Shown: in pieces, positions 31,051 through 43,363 of the stretch | Position numbering within the stretch: position 1 is the first letter of the stretch | Layout: every line of letters starts with the position of its first letter | Source of the DNA: an uncultured Chloroflexia bacterium | GTDB taxonomy: Bacteria; Chloroflexota; Anaerolineae; CG2-30-64-16 | Length of the DNA stretch: 64,000 bases | Direction: 5' to 3' | Assembly: GCA_963810095.1 (NCBI GenBank) | Contig: CAWEMM010000007.1 | Span: forward strand, 480,001 to 544,000 | The notes under the pieces: model-generated | Databases searched by the model: none | The model's input: only the letters and a program-made list of their open reading frames with translations | Told to the model about the DNA's origin: nothing | Translations under genes and position numbers: made by a program

Positions 31051-34000
31051 CTATCCCTCGCCCGGCTTGGCCGGCGCCGATAGCAGCCCCGCCAGGTCCT
31101 CTTGCGCCAGCGACTCGAACGGGTTGCGCCCTGCTTGCAGTTCCTCGATCCACTGTCCGCGGACCTGGCGCGCGTCCTTGGCCAGCGTGTCGTCGAGCCG
31201 CAGCGCCAGGGCCACGTCGCGGGCCGCACCCGCGGTATTTCCGCCGGCGGCCCGGCTAATGGCCCGCCCGTACAGGTTCGGCACCTCGACAGGTGCTTCC
31301 ACCGCGGCCGCGTTGCAGGCATCCGCCACCTGAGCGACGGCGCCGGCGAGCACGCCGGCCCGGCAGAGCGCGAACATGACCGCCGGGGGGACCGTGACCT
31401 CCGGGTAAGTCCGGCGCGCCTCGTCCAGTGCGGCCAGCCCGCCCGGCACGTCCGTCGCGGCCAGCTTCCCGGCATGCGCCACCAACCCGCCCGCGATCAG
31501 CTCCTGCGTCCTGCGCTCGGGATTGCTGCCCAGGACACGCCCGTCCGATGCGCCGGCCTGAGCAAGTTCCGCACGGCCCTTTTCGATGTCTCCGTTTTGC
31601 AGGGCAAACGATGCGGCAGTCAGGTGCTCGTGGGCGGCCAGCCGCTTCAGCTCGGCTTCCGGCCCGTCGGGCATGCTCTCGGGATCCCTCGCGTACGCAT
31701 CCCTCAGCAGGGCCAGCGCCTCTTCCCGCTGCGCCGGCTGGACGGACATGGGGCCTGCCATCGACTGGAGATCGCTCGCCACGAGCAGCGCGACGTCTGC
31801 TTCGGGTGTCTGGCTGGCGCCCGAATCCCGCAGCAGTTCCACGGCAGCGTCGTCCTCGACCGACATGACCAGCAGCGACGCCCGGTTGAGCATCGAATCC
31901 ACGAAGTTCGGGTTGACTTCCACGTCCGGGCATGTCTCGTGGTAAGGTTGCCCGGCGAAGAAGCGGCTCCACTCCAACTCGTCGAGATTGCGGCCCGCGG
32001 CACGACAGGCAGCCGCGGCAAGTTGCGCCGTCTGCAGCGGCCACACGTGAACACCCGCCGTATCCGTCGTCGCAAACGAGCGCTCGTCCGGGGTGAAGAC
32101 CGGCGCAGCCCAATTCGTGTGCTTAGGAAGCGCAACCCAGGCGGTCGCCGGGTCTTCGGCCGACAGGTCCCACAACCGCATCGCCTGGCCACCGATCGTC
32201 GCGTCGTCCAGCGCGCCCGTCGTTGCGAGCCACCGCCCATCGGGGCTGAACGCGATCTGCCTGATCCAGGGATTCAGATTCCCAATGACCCGTGTGATCG
32301 TCATCGGCCCGGTTTCTGTGACCCCCCAGAAGCGGATCACCCGGTCCTCACGCTCGGGGAACCGGGTCGCGAGCGTCTTGCTGTCGGGGCTGAACGCAAC
32401 GGCGGCGACCGGCCGGGGCTCTTCCAGCCGGGGCACACGCAGGAGGCGCCCGTCCTCGGCCCTCAGGGTCTTCGCACTCAAGTCCCACACCCCCGCCGTG
32501 CTATCAGACAGCCCGATTGCCAGCCAGCGGTCGTTGGGGCTTATTGCCAGCACCGGCGCGTCGACGTTCATGATCTCGCCGTCATGCTCGGGACCGGGCA
32601 ATACCGCGTGCGAACCCGCAACGTCCGCCGCGGCCAGGTCCCACGCGTGCACCCGGTCCGCCGCTTTTGATACGGCGCCAGAGCTATCCACGGCCAGCAG
32701 CCAACGTCCGTCCTGCGTGAACTGCAGGAAGCGAAGGTCCTCGACCCCGAGCGGCACGCTCGTAGCTGCGGCGCCGTCCTCGCTCACCCGCCAGAGACGC
32801 GTGTCCTCCTGCACCAGGTCATAATCTTGCGCTTTCAGGTGGTCTGACGCGACGCCCGTCACGAGCCACCGGCCGTCCGCACTCAGCGCTCGCACCTCCG
32901 CGTTCCCCAAACCTGGCAACTCGACCGTCCGGGAGATAGGCGAGCCGGTTGAGAGGTTCCACAGCGCCACCGCACCCCCTCCCGCGCGCGACGCGATCCT
33001 CGCGTAGTCGGGGCTGGCGGCGGTCACGCTGACGGGGGTGCTGCTGCCCGGCTGCAGCACCCCCGCGCCCCAGGGGCCGTCCTTGCTCAGGTCCCACACT
33101 CGTCCGCCCAGCGGGTTTTGGTAAGGCAGCGAAATCAGCCAGCGGCCATCAGGCGAGATGCCGGTGCGGCTCACCAGGTCGCCCGGTACAGGGAACGTGC
33201 GGCTTCCGCCGAAGGGCTGGGGCTCGTCCAGGTCCCAGAGCCGGCCCTGCCGGTAGACCGTGTTATTGTCTCCGCGATGGATCGCAAAGAACCAGCGGCC
33301 GTCGGCGCTCACCGCCGTCGATGCGAGCTCCGCGCTCGGGTCGTCCAGCCACTCGACGGAAGGCGCGTCTCCGTTCGGGGGCAGCCGGAGGACCGCGTAG
33401 TCCCAGCGCTGCTGCCCCTGCGTCCGCAACAGGATGGCCTGCCCCGAAGCGTTGATCGACAGGGCTTGTGCGCCGGGCAGTTCCAGCTCGAGCACGGCGG
33501 CCGAGTTTGCGGAGGATTCGCCGGGGTTGGGCACGCTCAGGTCCCACAGGCTCCAGCGCGCCGCCTGGGGGTCGGCCGGTGGTTCCTGCAGGGTGACCAG
33601 CCAGCGGCCGTCTGCGCTGAAGAGGCTCTGGATGACCGGCTGGCCGCTTTCGCCCAGCGACACGCCGCTGGCCATGGGATCGTTCGCCCGCAGGTCCCAC
33701 AGCCGGCCCGCGCCGTCTTTGGAATTCGTGACCAGCCAGCGGCCGTCGGGGCTGACGGGCCCGCTCAAGCCTGACGCCTGCTCCACCTGCCCGTCGCTCC
33801 CATCCAGCGCGACCGGCAATTTGGGCTGCCCGCGTTCGCCGCTCCGCAGCGACGCGAGGTCCCACAGCTGCACCGGTCCCGACTTAGCCGTTGCTGCCGT
33901 CACCAGCCAGCGGTTATCGCCGCCGACGTCGAGCAGCGTGCCCGTGAATGGAAGGGTTGCCGAGACCGCTTTGCCCGCCTCAACCCGCCAGAGATAGCGC

Positions 34001-37000
34001 TCGCCACCCTCGCCCGTAGTCGTGATCCAATCTGCTCCCAAAAAGACGGGGTCCGCCACCGCAAAGTGTGGGCTCAGCTCGAGCGAACTGCTGAATGGGT
34101 GTGTCGTGCGCATGTCCCACAGTCGCGTCACCTGCCGGTTATCGATGCTCGCCAGCCAGCGGCCATCGCGGCTGAATCCCAGGTTGCGGCCGGTTGGGCG
34201 GGCGGGCGCGGCGGCCGGGTCGGGCTGTGACAGGTCGAACACCCTACCGCTCGTGGCGAACCAGCGCTCGTCCGGGCTCACGGCCCCAAGCCCCACCATT
34301 GCGCTCTCCTCGTCTGCAGGCGCATCGGCATCTGTTCGGGGCTCAAAAGTGATCTTGCTGCCGGTGAGATCGGGCTGGCGGAGGTCCCAGACGGAGAAAA
34401 CGCCGCTCCCAAAGTTCTCGGTCACGAGCCAGCGCCCGGTCCGGCTGACCCGATCCACCTGCGCAAACTGGTTCCTGAGCAGCGAGTCCCGGCCATCGGA
34501 GATGGCCACCCCCCGCCCTCCCAGGCGCTCGACGGCCGACAACGCGGCTGCGACGGCCGCGGCAGGGGCGGGTTCACCCTCGCGCTCGGTCACGTTTAGC
34601 GCCTCGACGGCCAGCAGCGCACCGGACGGCGCATCGGTCTCGAAAACCGCCTTGGACTGGGCAGCCAGGCTGCCCGCCAGCGTCTGCCGCACTTCCCGCG
34701 CCTTGAGCGTCAGGTTGGTGTTTGCGGCGTCCAGGTTCTTGTTGCTGGCGGCCAGGTTCGTCCGCTCCGTCTCGAGGTTCTTGTTGGTGTCGTCCAGCTG
34801 CTTGTTGGTGGACGCCAGGCTGGCCTTCTGCTGTTCCAGGTCTTTGTTCGTCACGTCAAGCCGCTGGTTCGCGGTCACCAGCCCGTTGTTCGCGTTGCTG
34901 GCTTCAATCGCCTTGCCGCCCGCGAAGATCGCGAGGCCGGCCAGGACCACGAACACGACCGCTGCGGTGAGGATGCCGCGGCGCAGGGTTCGGCTTCTCT
35001 GCAGCACGCTCGCCTCGACAAAGGCAGTCTCGCGCTTGTTGAGCCAGGTGTCGGTCTTCGCCGGTGTCGCATTGGATCGGAAGGCCTGGCCCAGCGACCG
35101 GCCGAGGCCGCGGGCGCCGCGCTGGCGCTTATGTGCCGGCCACAGGATCAGCTCCACCTGGGGCAGCCGAGGGTCGTTGTCCCACAGCAGGCCCTTGCGT
35201 TCTTCGCCCTGCGCCGTTGCCCAGTCGGCCGCCTGCTGCGCCAGCCTGCGCTGCTGCTGCAAGGGCAGCTCGCTCTCCGCGGCCTGTTTCCACTGGAGCA
35301 GCTTGTCCCAGGCCACCACGAGCGCGTCGTGTGCAGGCTCATAGTAGCGCTCGCCGCGCGTCCCGTCAGGATTCTCGACCGTGCCGCTGACCAGCAGGCG
35401 CGCCTGGACGAGCTGAGCCAGCACCGCCTGGACCCGGGCATTCTCCTCGTCCGCGGGATACACCAGCTCGCTCTCGGCCACCCGCCGCCGCGTCAGCTCG
35501 CTCCCTTCCACGGCAACCATGCGCAGCATGAGGCGCTCCATGGTTCGCTGGCCGCGCGGGTCCTTCTCGAGCGACCTGTATTCCTCGGTCGCCCGGTTGC
35601 GTAGGGAACCGACGACGCCGCCCAACGCCTGGTAGTCCTCGGCCGTCAGCGACCGGTCATCCCCCCGGCGTTCGACGTACTTGACATACAACTCGCTGAG
35701 GGTGAAGGAGAGCAGGGGCAGCGCGCCCGGCGTCTGGATGACCTCCTTGATCAGGTCATCCACCATCTCGGACGGCTTGAAGTAGAGCACCGCGACCGAG
35801 GCCGGTCCCTCGATGGCCTGGCGCAGGTCTTCGATGTCCATGGGGGGCACGACATAACGCGCCGTACCCAGGGCCGGGTCGTGGAACAGGGGCGCTTCGG
35901 CAAACTGCGGCTCGAAGTCGGTGCGCAGCGAAATGACCACCCGCAGAACGTCGCCGTGCTGGCGCACGGCCTCGGCCAGCAGCGCGAGGAAGCGGTCGCG
36001 GGCCCGGCTGGGCTGCACGGTGCCGGCCCGACCGCCCGGGGCGGCGCCCGCGCGGTCGCCGCTGTCGCGAGAGGGTGACCAATTCCTCAAACTGGTCGAT
36101 TGTCAGCACCAGGCGCTTGCCGGCGTTCTCGGCCCGGCCCTTCCAATCGCCCACGAGCCCCGCCAGGGCATCGGGTGAGAAACCGCCCGCCGCGTCCACG
36201 TCGAACGAGGGCGCAGCAGCCCCGTCTCCCGCGGCTCCCCCGTCTGCCAGCCTGGTCCGCACCAACGTTTCCAGTGTGCTCACCGGACGGTCGGTGGGGC
36301 GCATGTGGGGCAGCACGACATAATCCGCGTCCTCTCGCAGCTTGGGCAGCAGGCCGGCTTTCACCAGCGACGATTTCCCGGTGCCCGACGCGCCCACGAC
36401 CGCGACGAACGGGTGCGCGGCCACGAGTGCGGTGAGTTCGGCGATCTCCTCTTCACGGCCAAAGAAGAGCTTGCGGTCCGCTTCGCTGTAGGATTCCAGC
36501 CCGCGGTATGGGTTGTTCTCCAGGTTGAGCGGCGGCGCGGGCTTCAGTTTGGCCGGGTCCGCGCCCGGCAGGAGGAAGATGAATTCGCCTTTGCGGTGCT
36601 TGTCGTTCAGCGGCCAGATTTGCGGCGTCTGCTCTGCGTTCGCCTGTTGCGATGCGGCCACTTCGACGGTGTCACGCAGGTACATCGCGAGCTCGCTTGC
36701 GGTCACCACGCCGTCGCCGCGTTGCCCCGCGGCTGCGAGATCGGCTGCACCCTCCAGCGCGGCGATAAGCGTTGCGGCGAACGGCGAATGCCGGCCCTTG
36801 AGCTCGGCCCGGGTCCCCACGGAGTTCGCCACGCTGCCCGTCAGCACGTCCAGTGCCCGCTGGTCGTATGACGCGGACGTGATAACCTGCCAGGCCGGCG
36901 ACTGGATGTAGCGTTCATAGCGCTCGCGGTAGAGCACTTTGGATGAGACCGGCCGGGCGTCGCGCGTCGCCGACCACCGGAACGCGCCCGCAAAGCAGCA

Positions 37001-37423
37001 GTCGAGGATGGCCAGCATGTGGCGGCAGGTCAGCGCGGAGAGCCATTTGTGGACGTCCGTCATCGGGAGGAAGGTGCTGCGGTCGTCGGGGCGTGCGTCC
37101 TGGGGCATCAGGTACCCTTGCGGCCCGTCGTCGCCGTCCAGTGCCACGCCGTGCCCGGCGAAGTAGACGAGCAGCCGGTCGTCTGGTCCGATGCGGGCGG
37201 GCAGATCGACGGTGAAGAGGCTGACCAGCCGGTCCTTAGTAACCGGCTCGCCCTCCGCCGTGCCGGTCAGGACGACGGCGTCGTCACAGTGGCCGTCGGC
37301 GCACAACCGGTCGGCGAGCTCCGCTGCGTCGCTGACCGCCGTCGTGAGACGCGGGATGCCGGAGCCGTAAGCGTCAATGCCAATGACGACCGCGAGCGAA
37401 TGGGCAAAGCTTGGGAAGGCCAT
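31051..37423 (-). CDS. Caspase (peptidase C14)-STAND NTPase-TM-coiled coil-WD40 repeat protein; frameshift near 36075
   Basis: YFAGHG / ILDCCFAG dyad; NPYRGL..Y...FFGRE; GASGTGKSS (Walker A); IDQFEEL (Walker B); LPLLSFTL; PAHDAL; TM helix; many SPDGRWL...LWDL repeats. Confidence 0.88.
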
Positions 37424-37801
37424 GCGATAAGTCCTGTGAGTTGGATGCGACGCCGTCGGCGCGAGAGGACAAACAACGCACAAGTTTACTTCAGGCTTGT
37501 CAATACCGACTGTTACGCGTCGTACCGTTGACCGCGTCCCCCGGGATCCCGCCGGTGCCGCTCTCTGACCGTGCCCTGCCTGCTAGACGGGCCAGATCAT
37601 TTCCGAATCGACGCTCGCCCCGCTGCGGCGGAAAACGAGGGCCGATATGGGAAACGGATTGAACGAATCCGACCGATTGTGGTTAGGTTATTTGACGCGC
37701 TTGCCCCGCGCTGGTACCATGCTCGCCGTACCCATGCGACACCCTGCACCGGCCCGCTCCCCCAAACTCCTGACCCAGCCGTCCGTCTCAGAGGCTCGCG
37801 C

Positions 37802-40687
37802 GTGACCGCCCGCCAACGTTGGCTGCTTGTCGCGCTGCTGCTGGCGACCCTTGCGCTGCGGCTGTATCGCCTGGACGCGCAAGACGTCTGGTGGGACGAG
37901 GCGCGCAATATCGACGTTGCGTCCCGCGCCCTGGCCCACATTGCCACGGCCGGCGAGCTGGACATCCACCCGCCCGTCTATTTCTACCTGTTGCACGTCT
38001 GGCTGGGCCTCGCGGGGCAGACTGCGTTTGCCATTCGCTTCCTGTCCACCGCGTTCGGCGTTGCGTTGGTCGCGCTGATGTTCGCGCTCGGCAGGCGTGT
38101 CGGCGGCTTCTGGGTGGGGTTCTTTGCCGCGCTGGGTGCGGCCTTCCTGCCGTTCCTGCTCGGCGAGGCGCAAGAGGCCCGCATGTACACGATGGTGCTC
38201 GCCTGGCTGGCGGCCGCGGGCATCGCGCTCTTGGCCGCCACGGACCAACCCGCGCCGCGTTTCTCCATCCGCTGGCTCGCGTTCTCGGCGTTCTCCGCGG
38301 CCGCGCTCCTCACACACTACTCCGCCGTGTTCGCACTGGTCGCGCTCTGGGCGTGGGCCTTCCTGTGGGCGTTCGGCAGCCGCGCGCTGCCGGGCCGATC
38401 GCGGCGGCGCCGGCTCGTGGCCGTGCTGATCGCCGGGGTGTTGACCGCGCTCTTCTGCCTGCCGGGCGTTCCCGTCGCGCTCCGCCAGATTCCCGGTTAC
38501 CGCAACACGAACCTGGTCGTCCCGTCGATCGCGTCCTACCTGGCCGACCTGGCCCGCGTCTACACCCTCGGCGAGTTCTTCACCGGCCCCGCGGCCCGGG
38601 TGCCGCTCATCGCCTTGGCCGCCCTGATCGCAGGCGGCGCGCTGCTGGGCGTGGCTCTGAGCTTGCGGGGGCAGGGACGCCGGCGCCGCAACCTCGTCTC
38701 TTCCGTCGCACGCGCACGATACGCGGGGCCCGTCGCGCTGGTTTTGCTCTGGGCCATCCTGCCTCTGGTCGCCTACTACGCCGCCATCGCCGACCGGGGC
38801 ACCTTCGCCACCCGTTATATCAGCGTCGCGCTGCCCGCCTGGCTGCTGCTCGCCGCGTTGGCCCTGCGTGGGTGGTCGCGTGTCCATCCTGCACTCGGAG
38901 TGGCCGCCGGCGTTGCCTTGGTCGTGATCCTTGCGCCGGGCCTGCGCACCGACCTGTTTGACGAAGCGCACTTCCGCGACAACACCCGCGGCATGATCGA
39001 GTGGCTGCGCAAGGAGACCGATCCTAACCGCGACATCATCCTCGTCGATCAGCGCTACCCGTTCGGCTTCTACTACGAACGGTGGAACAACCTGCACGTG
39101 GGGTCTCCGCCCGCCGAGCCGGCCGGCGAGACGCCCGCGCAGTACCTGTTTGTCGACCTAAACACGCTCGCAGGCCGGCTAACGGGTCTCGCCCGGGGAC
39201 GGTCGCGCATCTACACCGTCCGCTGGTGGGAGTCGGACACCGACCCGCGGGGAGGGGTGCCGTTCCTGCTGAGCAAGTTCGGGACCCGCCTGGGCGAGGT
39301 CCAGTTTCGGGGCTACACGGTCGACTGGTACGCGGTGGCGCCCGACGCGGAGATCGAGCTGACCGACGGGCTGCACGGTCCAAGCGCGGACTTCGGCGGG
39401 CAAGTCCGGCTGGAAGGGGTCGATTTCGGCGGCCGGGCGTCCGGCGCGACGAGCACTGTGGCAGAGACGCGCGCCACGGCGGCCGCGTCCGATGGCCACG
39501 TGTGGACGGTGGCGGGCTGGTCGCGGCTGCCGGGCGCCGGCGGTCAGGCCAAGGCGGCGCTGCAGTTGGAGGGCGAGGACGGCGTGGTGGTCGCGCGGGA
39601 CGACCGCTTGCTTCTCAACGACCGGCACGTGGCGCTGGGCGAGTGGAGCGAGGCCGAGCGGCCCGACACCGTGTTCACCCTGAAGCCTGCGCCGGCAACC
39701 CCGCCCGGCCGCTACACGCTCAAGCTCTCGGTCTACGATCCGCAAACCCTCCAGCCGCTGGCGGTTGTATCGGACGCGGCTGAAGGGGCCCACGTCGTCC
39801 TCGGGCAGGTTGAACTGACCCGGGCCGCCGCGCCCGCCGACCCAGCCGCCCTTCCGCTAGACCTGCGCAGCGGCGTCCGCTGGGGCGACGTGACCCTGCT
39901 TGGTCGCGGCCCGCTGCCCGCCGAGGTTCCGCCCGGGGGCGCGCTGCCGCTTGATCTGTACTGGCGCGGCGAGGCGGCGAATGCAGCCCCGCTGCAGTTC
40001 CGCCTCGAGCTCGCTCCGCTCACGGGCGCAGGTGCCCCGGTTGTGTTGGATGTTCCGGTGGGCGGTGCATATCCGAGCACGAAGTGGCAGGCCGGCGAAG
40101 TCGTCCGCCAGTCGCCCCAGCTGGTCTTGCCTCCGACGCTGGACGCGGGCGCCTATCGCCTCGTCGCGCGGCCGCTGTCTGGGGTGGCGGCTGTGCCCCC
40201 GCCCGAGGTCGAATTGGGCCAGGTCCAGGTTGTCGGCCGCAGCCATGACTTCACCGTGCCAGCCGCTTTGGACAACGTCTCGGACGCGGTGTTCGGCGCC
40301 CCCTCTGCCCCGCTCGGCCGGCTGCTCGGCTTCGACCGGCCGGTGCTTGCCGGCCGGTCGCTCGCGCTCGGCCTCTACTGGCAGGCCCTTGCCGCCGGTC
40401 CTACGCCGTATGCGGTCTCCGTCCAGGTGCTTAACGGCGACGGGGTCCTGGTCGCGCAGCGCGATCAGCAGCCCGGCGCGGGCGCCTTCCCCGCGAATAC
40501 CTGGGTCGCCGGCGAGGTCCTCGCCGACCGCTACGAGGTCGAGATTCCTGACGGCCTGCCGGCGGGGCGCTACACGGTCATCGTCAAGATGTACGACCCC
40601 GCGACGGGCAAGATCGTCCCCGTCACGCCCGATGGTGCCAGCGGCGCCCAGGAGTTCCTGCCCCTGGCGCACGTGGACATCCCGTAG
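37802..40687 (+). CDS. Glycosyltransferase family 39 (PMT/ArnT-like) with extracellular C-terminal domains
   Basis: LRLYRLDAQDVWWDE, DIHPPVYFYLLH, QEARMY, LLTHYSA; C-terminal LYWQA...W.AGEV..D.Y repeats. Confidence 0.85.
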   Translation: MTARQRWLLVALLLATLALRLYRLDAQDVWWDEARNIDVASRALAHIATAGELDIHPPVYFYLLHVWLGLAGQTAFAIRFLSTAFGVALVALMFALGRRVGGFWVGFFAALGAAFLPFLLGEAQEARMYTMVLAWLAAAGIALLAATDQPAPRFSIRWLAFSAFSAAALLTHYSAVFALVALWAWAFLWAFGSRALPGRSRRRRLVAVLIAGVLTALFCLPGVPVALRQIPGYRNTNLVVPSIASYLADLARVYTLGEFFTGPAARVPLIALAALIAGGALLGVALSLRGQGRRRRNLVSSVARARYAGPVALVLLWAILPLVAYYAAIADRGTFATRYISVALPAWLLLAALALRGWSRVHPALGVAAGVALVVILAPGLRTDLFDEAHFRDNTRGMIEWLRKETDPNRDIILVDQRYPFGFYYERWNNLHVGSPPAEPAGETPAQYLFVDLNTLAGRLTGLARGRSRIYTVRWWESDTDPRGGVPFLLSKFGTRLGEVQFRGYTVDWYAVAPDAEIELTDGLHGPSADFGGQVRLEGVDFGGRASGATSTVAETRATAAASDGHVWTVAGWSRLPGAGGQAKAALQLEGEDGVVVARDDRLLLNDRHVALGEWSEAERPDTVFTLKPAPATPPGRYTLKLSVYDPQTLQPLAVVSDAAEGAHVVLGQVELTRAAAPADPAALPLDLRSGVRWGDVTLLGRGPLPAEVPPGGALPLDLYWRGEAANAAPLQFRLELAPLTGAGAPVVLDVPVGGAYPSTKWQAGEVVRQSPQLVLPPTLDAGAYRLVARPLSGVAAVPPPEVELGQVQVVGRSHDFTVPAALDNVSDAVFGAPSAPLGRLLGFDRPVLAGRSLALGLYWQALAAGPTPYAVSVQVLNGDGVLVAQRDQQPGAGAFPANTWVAGEVLADRYEVEIPDGLPAGRYTVIVKMYDPATGKIVPVTPDGASGAQEFLPLAHVDIP

Positions 40688-40812
40688 CGCCCCAGCGGCG
40701 CCCGGAAGGCCTCCGTCCCGTCCATCGCAGTCGCCGGCGCTCAGTGCGGCCGCGGGCCGCGCAGCGACGATGCCTGCACGGCGGCACAACCCTCGCCCTT
40801 CTGCTGCACGCC

Positions 40813-42114
40813 TCACCGGGGCTGCGCTGCCGGCCGAGCCGGCCCGGCCAGAAGTGGCACTCCGCCCGCAACTGCGCCGGCAATGACCACGCCACAAGCA
40901 ACGTTCAACATGGTGACGATCCCGACCCGGTCGGCCAGGGCAGTGGAGGTGATCATGCCGGCTAGCATGGCGATCGCCGCGGCCGCGCCCAATGCGCCGA
41001 ACACCCGCCCCCGGAATTCGTCGGGCACCTCGGATTGGATGAGAGCGTTGAAGCTGACGACCATCGCCGCGATCGGAATACCGACCAGCGCAAACAGCCC
41101 CAGCGCCAGGGGAATTGAGGAGGCGTTGAAGATGGCGAGGTCGATCAGGCCCCAGCCGAGCGCGCCGAGCACCACGAGCCGGCGCGCCTGCTGCGTCTTG
41201 CCGGCCGACGCCAGGATCATACCGCCAGCAATGCTGCCCAGCGCCTGCAGGGTCATCATCCAGCCGAACGTCAACGAAGTGCCTTCCAGCACGCTGCTGA
41301 CCCACGGCACGACGAGCACGTCGAGCAGTCCCTCGCCGATGCTGGTGATCGTCCACAGAATGAACAACGCGGATACGACCTGGTTGGCGCGCATCAGGCG
41401 CAGTCCGGCCAGCAGCTCCCTCCAGACCTTCAGCCACGGCTCCGCGTCCCCTCTTGCCTTTGACTCGTGCACGGGCGCCCCATAGACGGGAATGGCGCCG
41501 GGCTCGGGTGTTGGCAGTGGAAGGGGTGTGGGCGCCCGCGTTGCGGCGGGGGAGAGGCGCATGAGCGCGATGAGCGCGGCCGACACGACGAAGGAGAGCA
41601 CGTCGAAGACCACGACGCTCTGGAGCCCGAGCCGTGCCAGCATGAAGCCGCCTACGGCCGGTCCGGCCAGTCGCCCGATCTGCTCGCCGACGCTGTTCGC
41701 CGAGTTGGCGCGTACCAGTTCCTCTGTCGTGACGATGCGGGGCACCAGAGCGTTCTTGGCCGGGCCGAAGAACTGCGCCAGCGCTGCGTCACCGAGCGCG
41801 ACCAGGTAAACGATCCACATGTCGCCGGCCGAGTGCACGGCCAGGAGCGGCAGCAGCACCGCCGCTCGGCCCAGGTCCGCGGCGATCATGGTGCGGCGGC
41901 GGTCCCACCGGTCGACGAACACTCCCGCCACGCTGCCCAGAACGATCCGCGGCAGCGTCGACACGATCATCATCGAGCCACTGAGAAGGACCGACCCGGT
42001 CAGCGCGTAGACGTAGAAGGCCAGCGACGCATAAAGGACCCAGTCGCCGGCCATCGAAATGACTTGGCCGGTCCAGAGCAGACCGAAGTTGCGTTGGCGA
42101 AGGATCGCGACCAT
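40813..42114 (-). CDS. MFS transporter (MFS_3/H+ antiporter type)
   Basis: NFGLLWTGQVISMAGD, AGVFVDRWDRRRTMI, FRGRVFG. Confidence 0.9.
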   Translation of the reverse strand: MVAILRQRNFGLLWTGQVISMAGDWVLYASLAFYVYALTGSVLLSGSMMIVSTLPRIVLGSVAGVFVDRWDRRRTMIAADLGRAAVLLPLLAVHSAGDMWIVYLVALGDAALAQFFGPAKNALVPRIVTTEELVRANSANSVGEQIGRLAGPAVGGFMLARLGLQSVVVFDVLSFVVSAALIALMRLSPAATRAPTPLPLPTPEPGAIPVYGAPVHESKARGDAEPWLKVWRELLAGLRLMRANQVVSALFILWTITSIGEGLLDVLVVPWVSSVLEGTSLTFGWMMTLQALGSIAGGMILASAGKTQQARRLVVLGALGWGLIDLAIFNASSIPLALGLFALVGIPIAAMVVSFNALIQSEVPDEFRGRVFGALGAAAAIAMLAGMITSTALADRVGIVTMLNVACGVVIAGAVAGGVPLLAGPARPAAQPR

Positions 42115-42325
42115 CGTGCTGCCTCGGGGGGACGGCGAAAGGGGCCCGCCCTACGGGGCGGGCCGGCAAAACATACTGCACGGCAATTATACCGGCATTT
42201 TGTGGCGCGGAGAATCGCCGCTTAGGCGCGGGGCCGGCCGCGGCAGCACCGCCGGCGATTTGCACATCGCTTTCGTTGAGTGCTATACATGCCCCATGGT
42301 TCCCGCGCCGCTGGAGGAGAGTGAC

Positions 42326-43363
42326 ATGCCCGATTCGATTCGAGTACCCTACGCCGCCCTCGTCGAAACCATCGACCTTGCCCTCGCTGCGGAAGGCGTG
42401 CCTGCGCACGTCCGCCGCGTCGAGGCCGAGCTGATGGCCGACGCCGACCTCATGGAAGTGCCCTCGCACGGAATTCGCATGCTGCCCGCGGTCATTCGGG
42501 CGATCCGCGCCGGCAGCCTCAACCCCGACCCGCAGCCCCGCATCCTGCGCGACAACCCCGCGGCTTGCCTGCTCGACGGCGACCTCGGCCCCGGGCGCTA
42601 CGTCTCAGCTTACGGAATGGACCTGGCGATGGAGCGGGCGCGACAGTTCGGCGTCGGCCTGTGTGTGGCCACCCGCGTCTCGCACTGGGGCCGCGGCCAC
42701 GCCTACGCGTATCAGGCCGCACGGGAAGGCATGATCGGCATCTGCACCACCAACGCGATCCCCAACATGCTGGGTTGGGAATCGAAGCGGCCCGTGCTGG
42801 CGAACAACCCGCTAGCGCTTTCCGCGCCCCGCGGCCCCGGCCTCGATCCGATCGTGCTTGATATAGCGATGAGCCAGGCCGCGGTGGGGAAGATCGGTAC
42901 GTATGCGCGCGAGGGCAAACCGGCGCCGGCGGGCTGGGGGCTGGATGCGCAGGGCCAGGCGACGAGCGACCCGGCCGCCATCCTCGCGTCGCGATTGATC
43001 CTGCCGATGGGCGAGCACAAGGGGGCCGGGCTGGGGCTGATGATGGAGATCCTGACGGGTGCGCTGGCTGGCGGCTTGCTCAGCCACGAGATTGCCGGCA
43101 GAGACGTCGCCTGGATCGACGCGGACACGAGCAAGTTCCTGCTCGCCATCGACGTGACGAAGTTCGTCCCGCTGGCGGTCTTTGCCGAGCGGGTGACGTC
43201 GCTCCTGGGGTTTGTCGAGGATGGGGTGGGCGAGGATTTCCTTTATCCCGGCGAGCGCGGCTGGCAGGCGCGCGATCGCAACCTCGTCGACGGCGTCCCC
43301 ATCCACCCAGAGATCGTCGCCCAACTCGCCGAGGTGGGCGTCACGCTGCCTCGGCCGTCCTGA
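42326..43363 (+). CDS. Ldh_2 family oxidoreductase (malate/L-lactate/YiaK-like)
   Basis: ADLMEVPSHG, SHWGRG, NNPLA, LDIAMS, GEHKGAGL, YPGE. Confidence 0.9.
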   Translation: MPDSIRVPYAALVETIDLALAAEGVPAHVRRVEAELMADADLMEVPSHGIRMLPAVIRAIRAGSLNPDPQPRILRDNPAACLLDGDLGPGRYVSAYGMDLAMERARQFGVGLCVATRVSHWGRGHAYAYQAAREGMIGICTTNAIPNMLGWESKRPVLANNPLALSAPRGPGLDPIVLDIAMSQAAVGKIGTYAREGKPAPAGWGLDAQGQATSDPAAILASRLILPMGEHKGAGLGLMMEILTGALAGGLLSHEIAGRDVAWIDADTSKFLLAIDVTKFVPLAVFAERVTSLLGFVEDGVGEDFLYPGERGWQARDRNLVDGVPIHPEIVAQLAEVGVTLPRPS

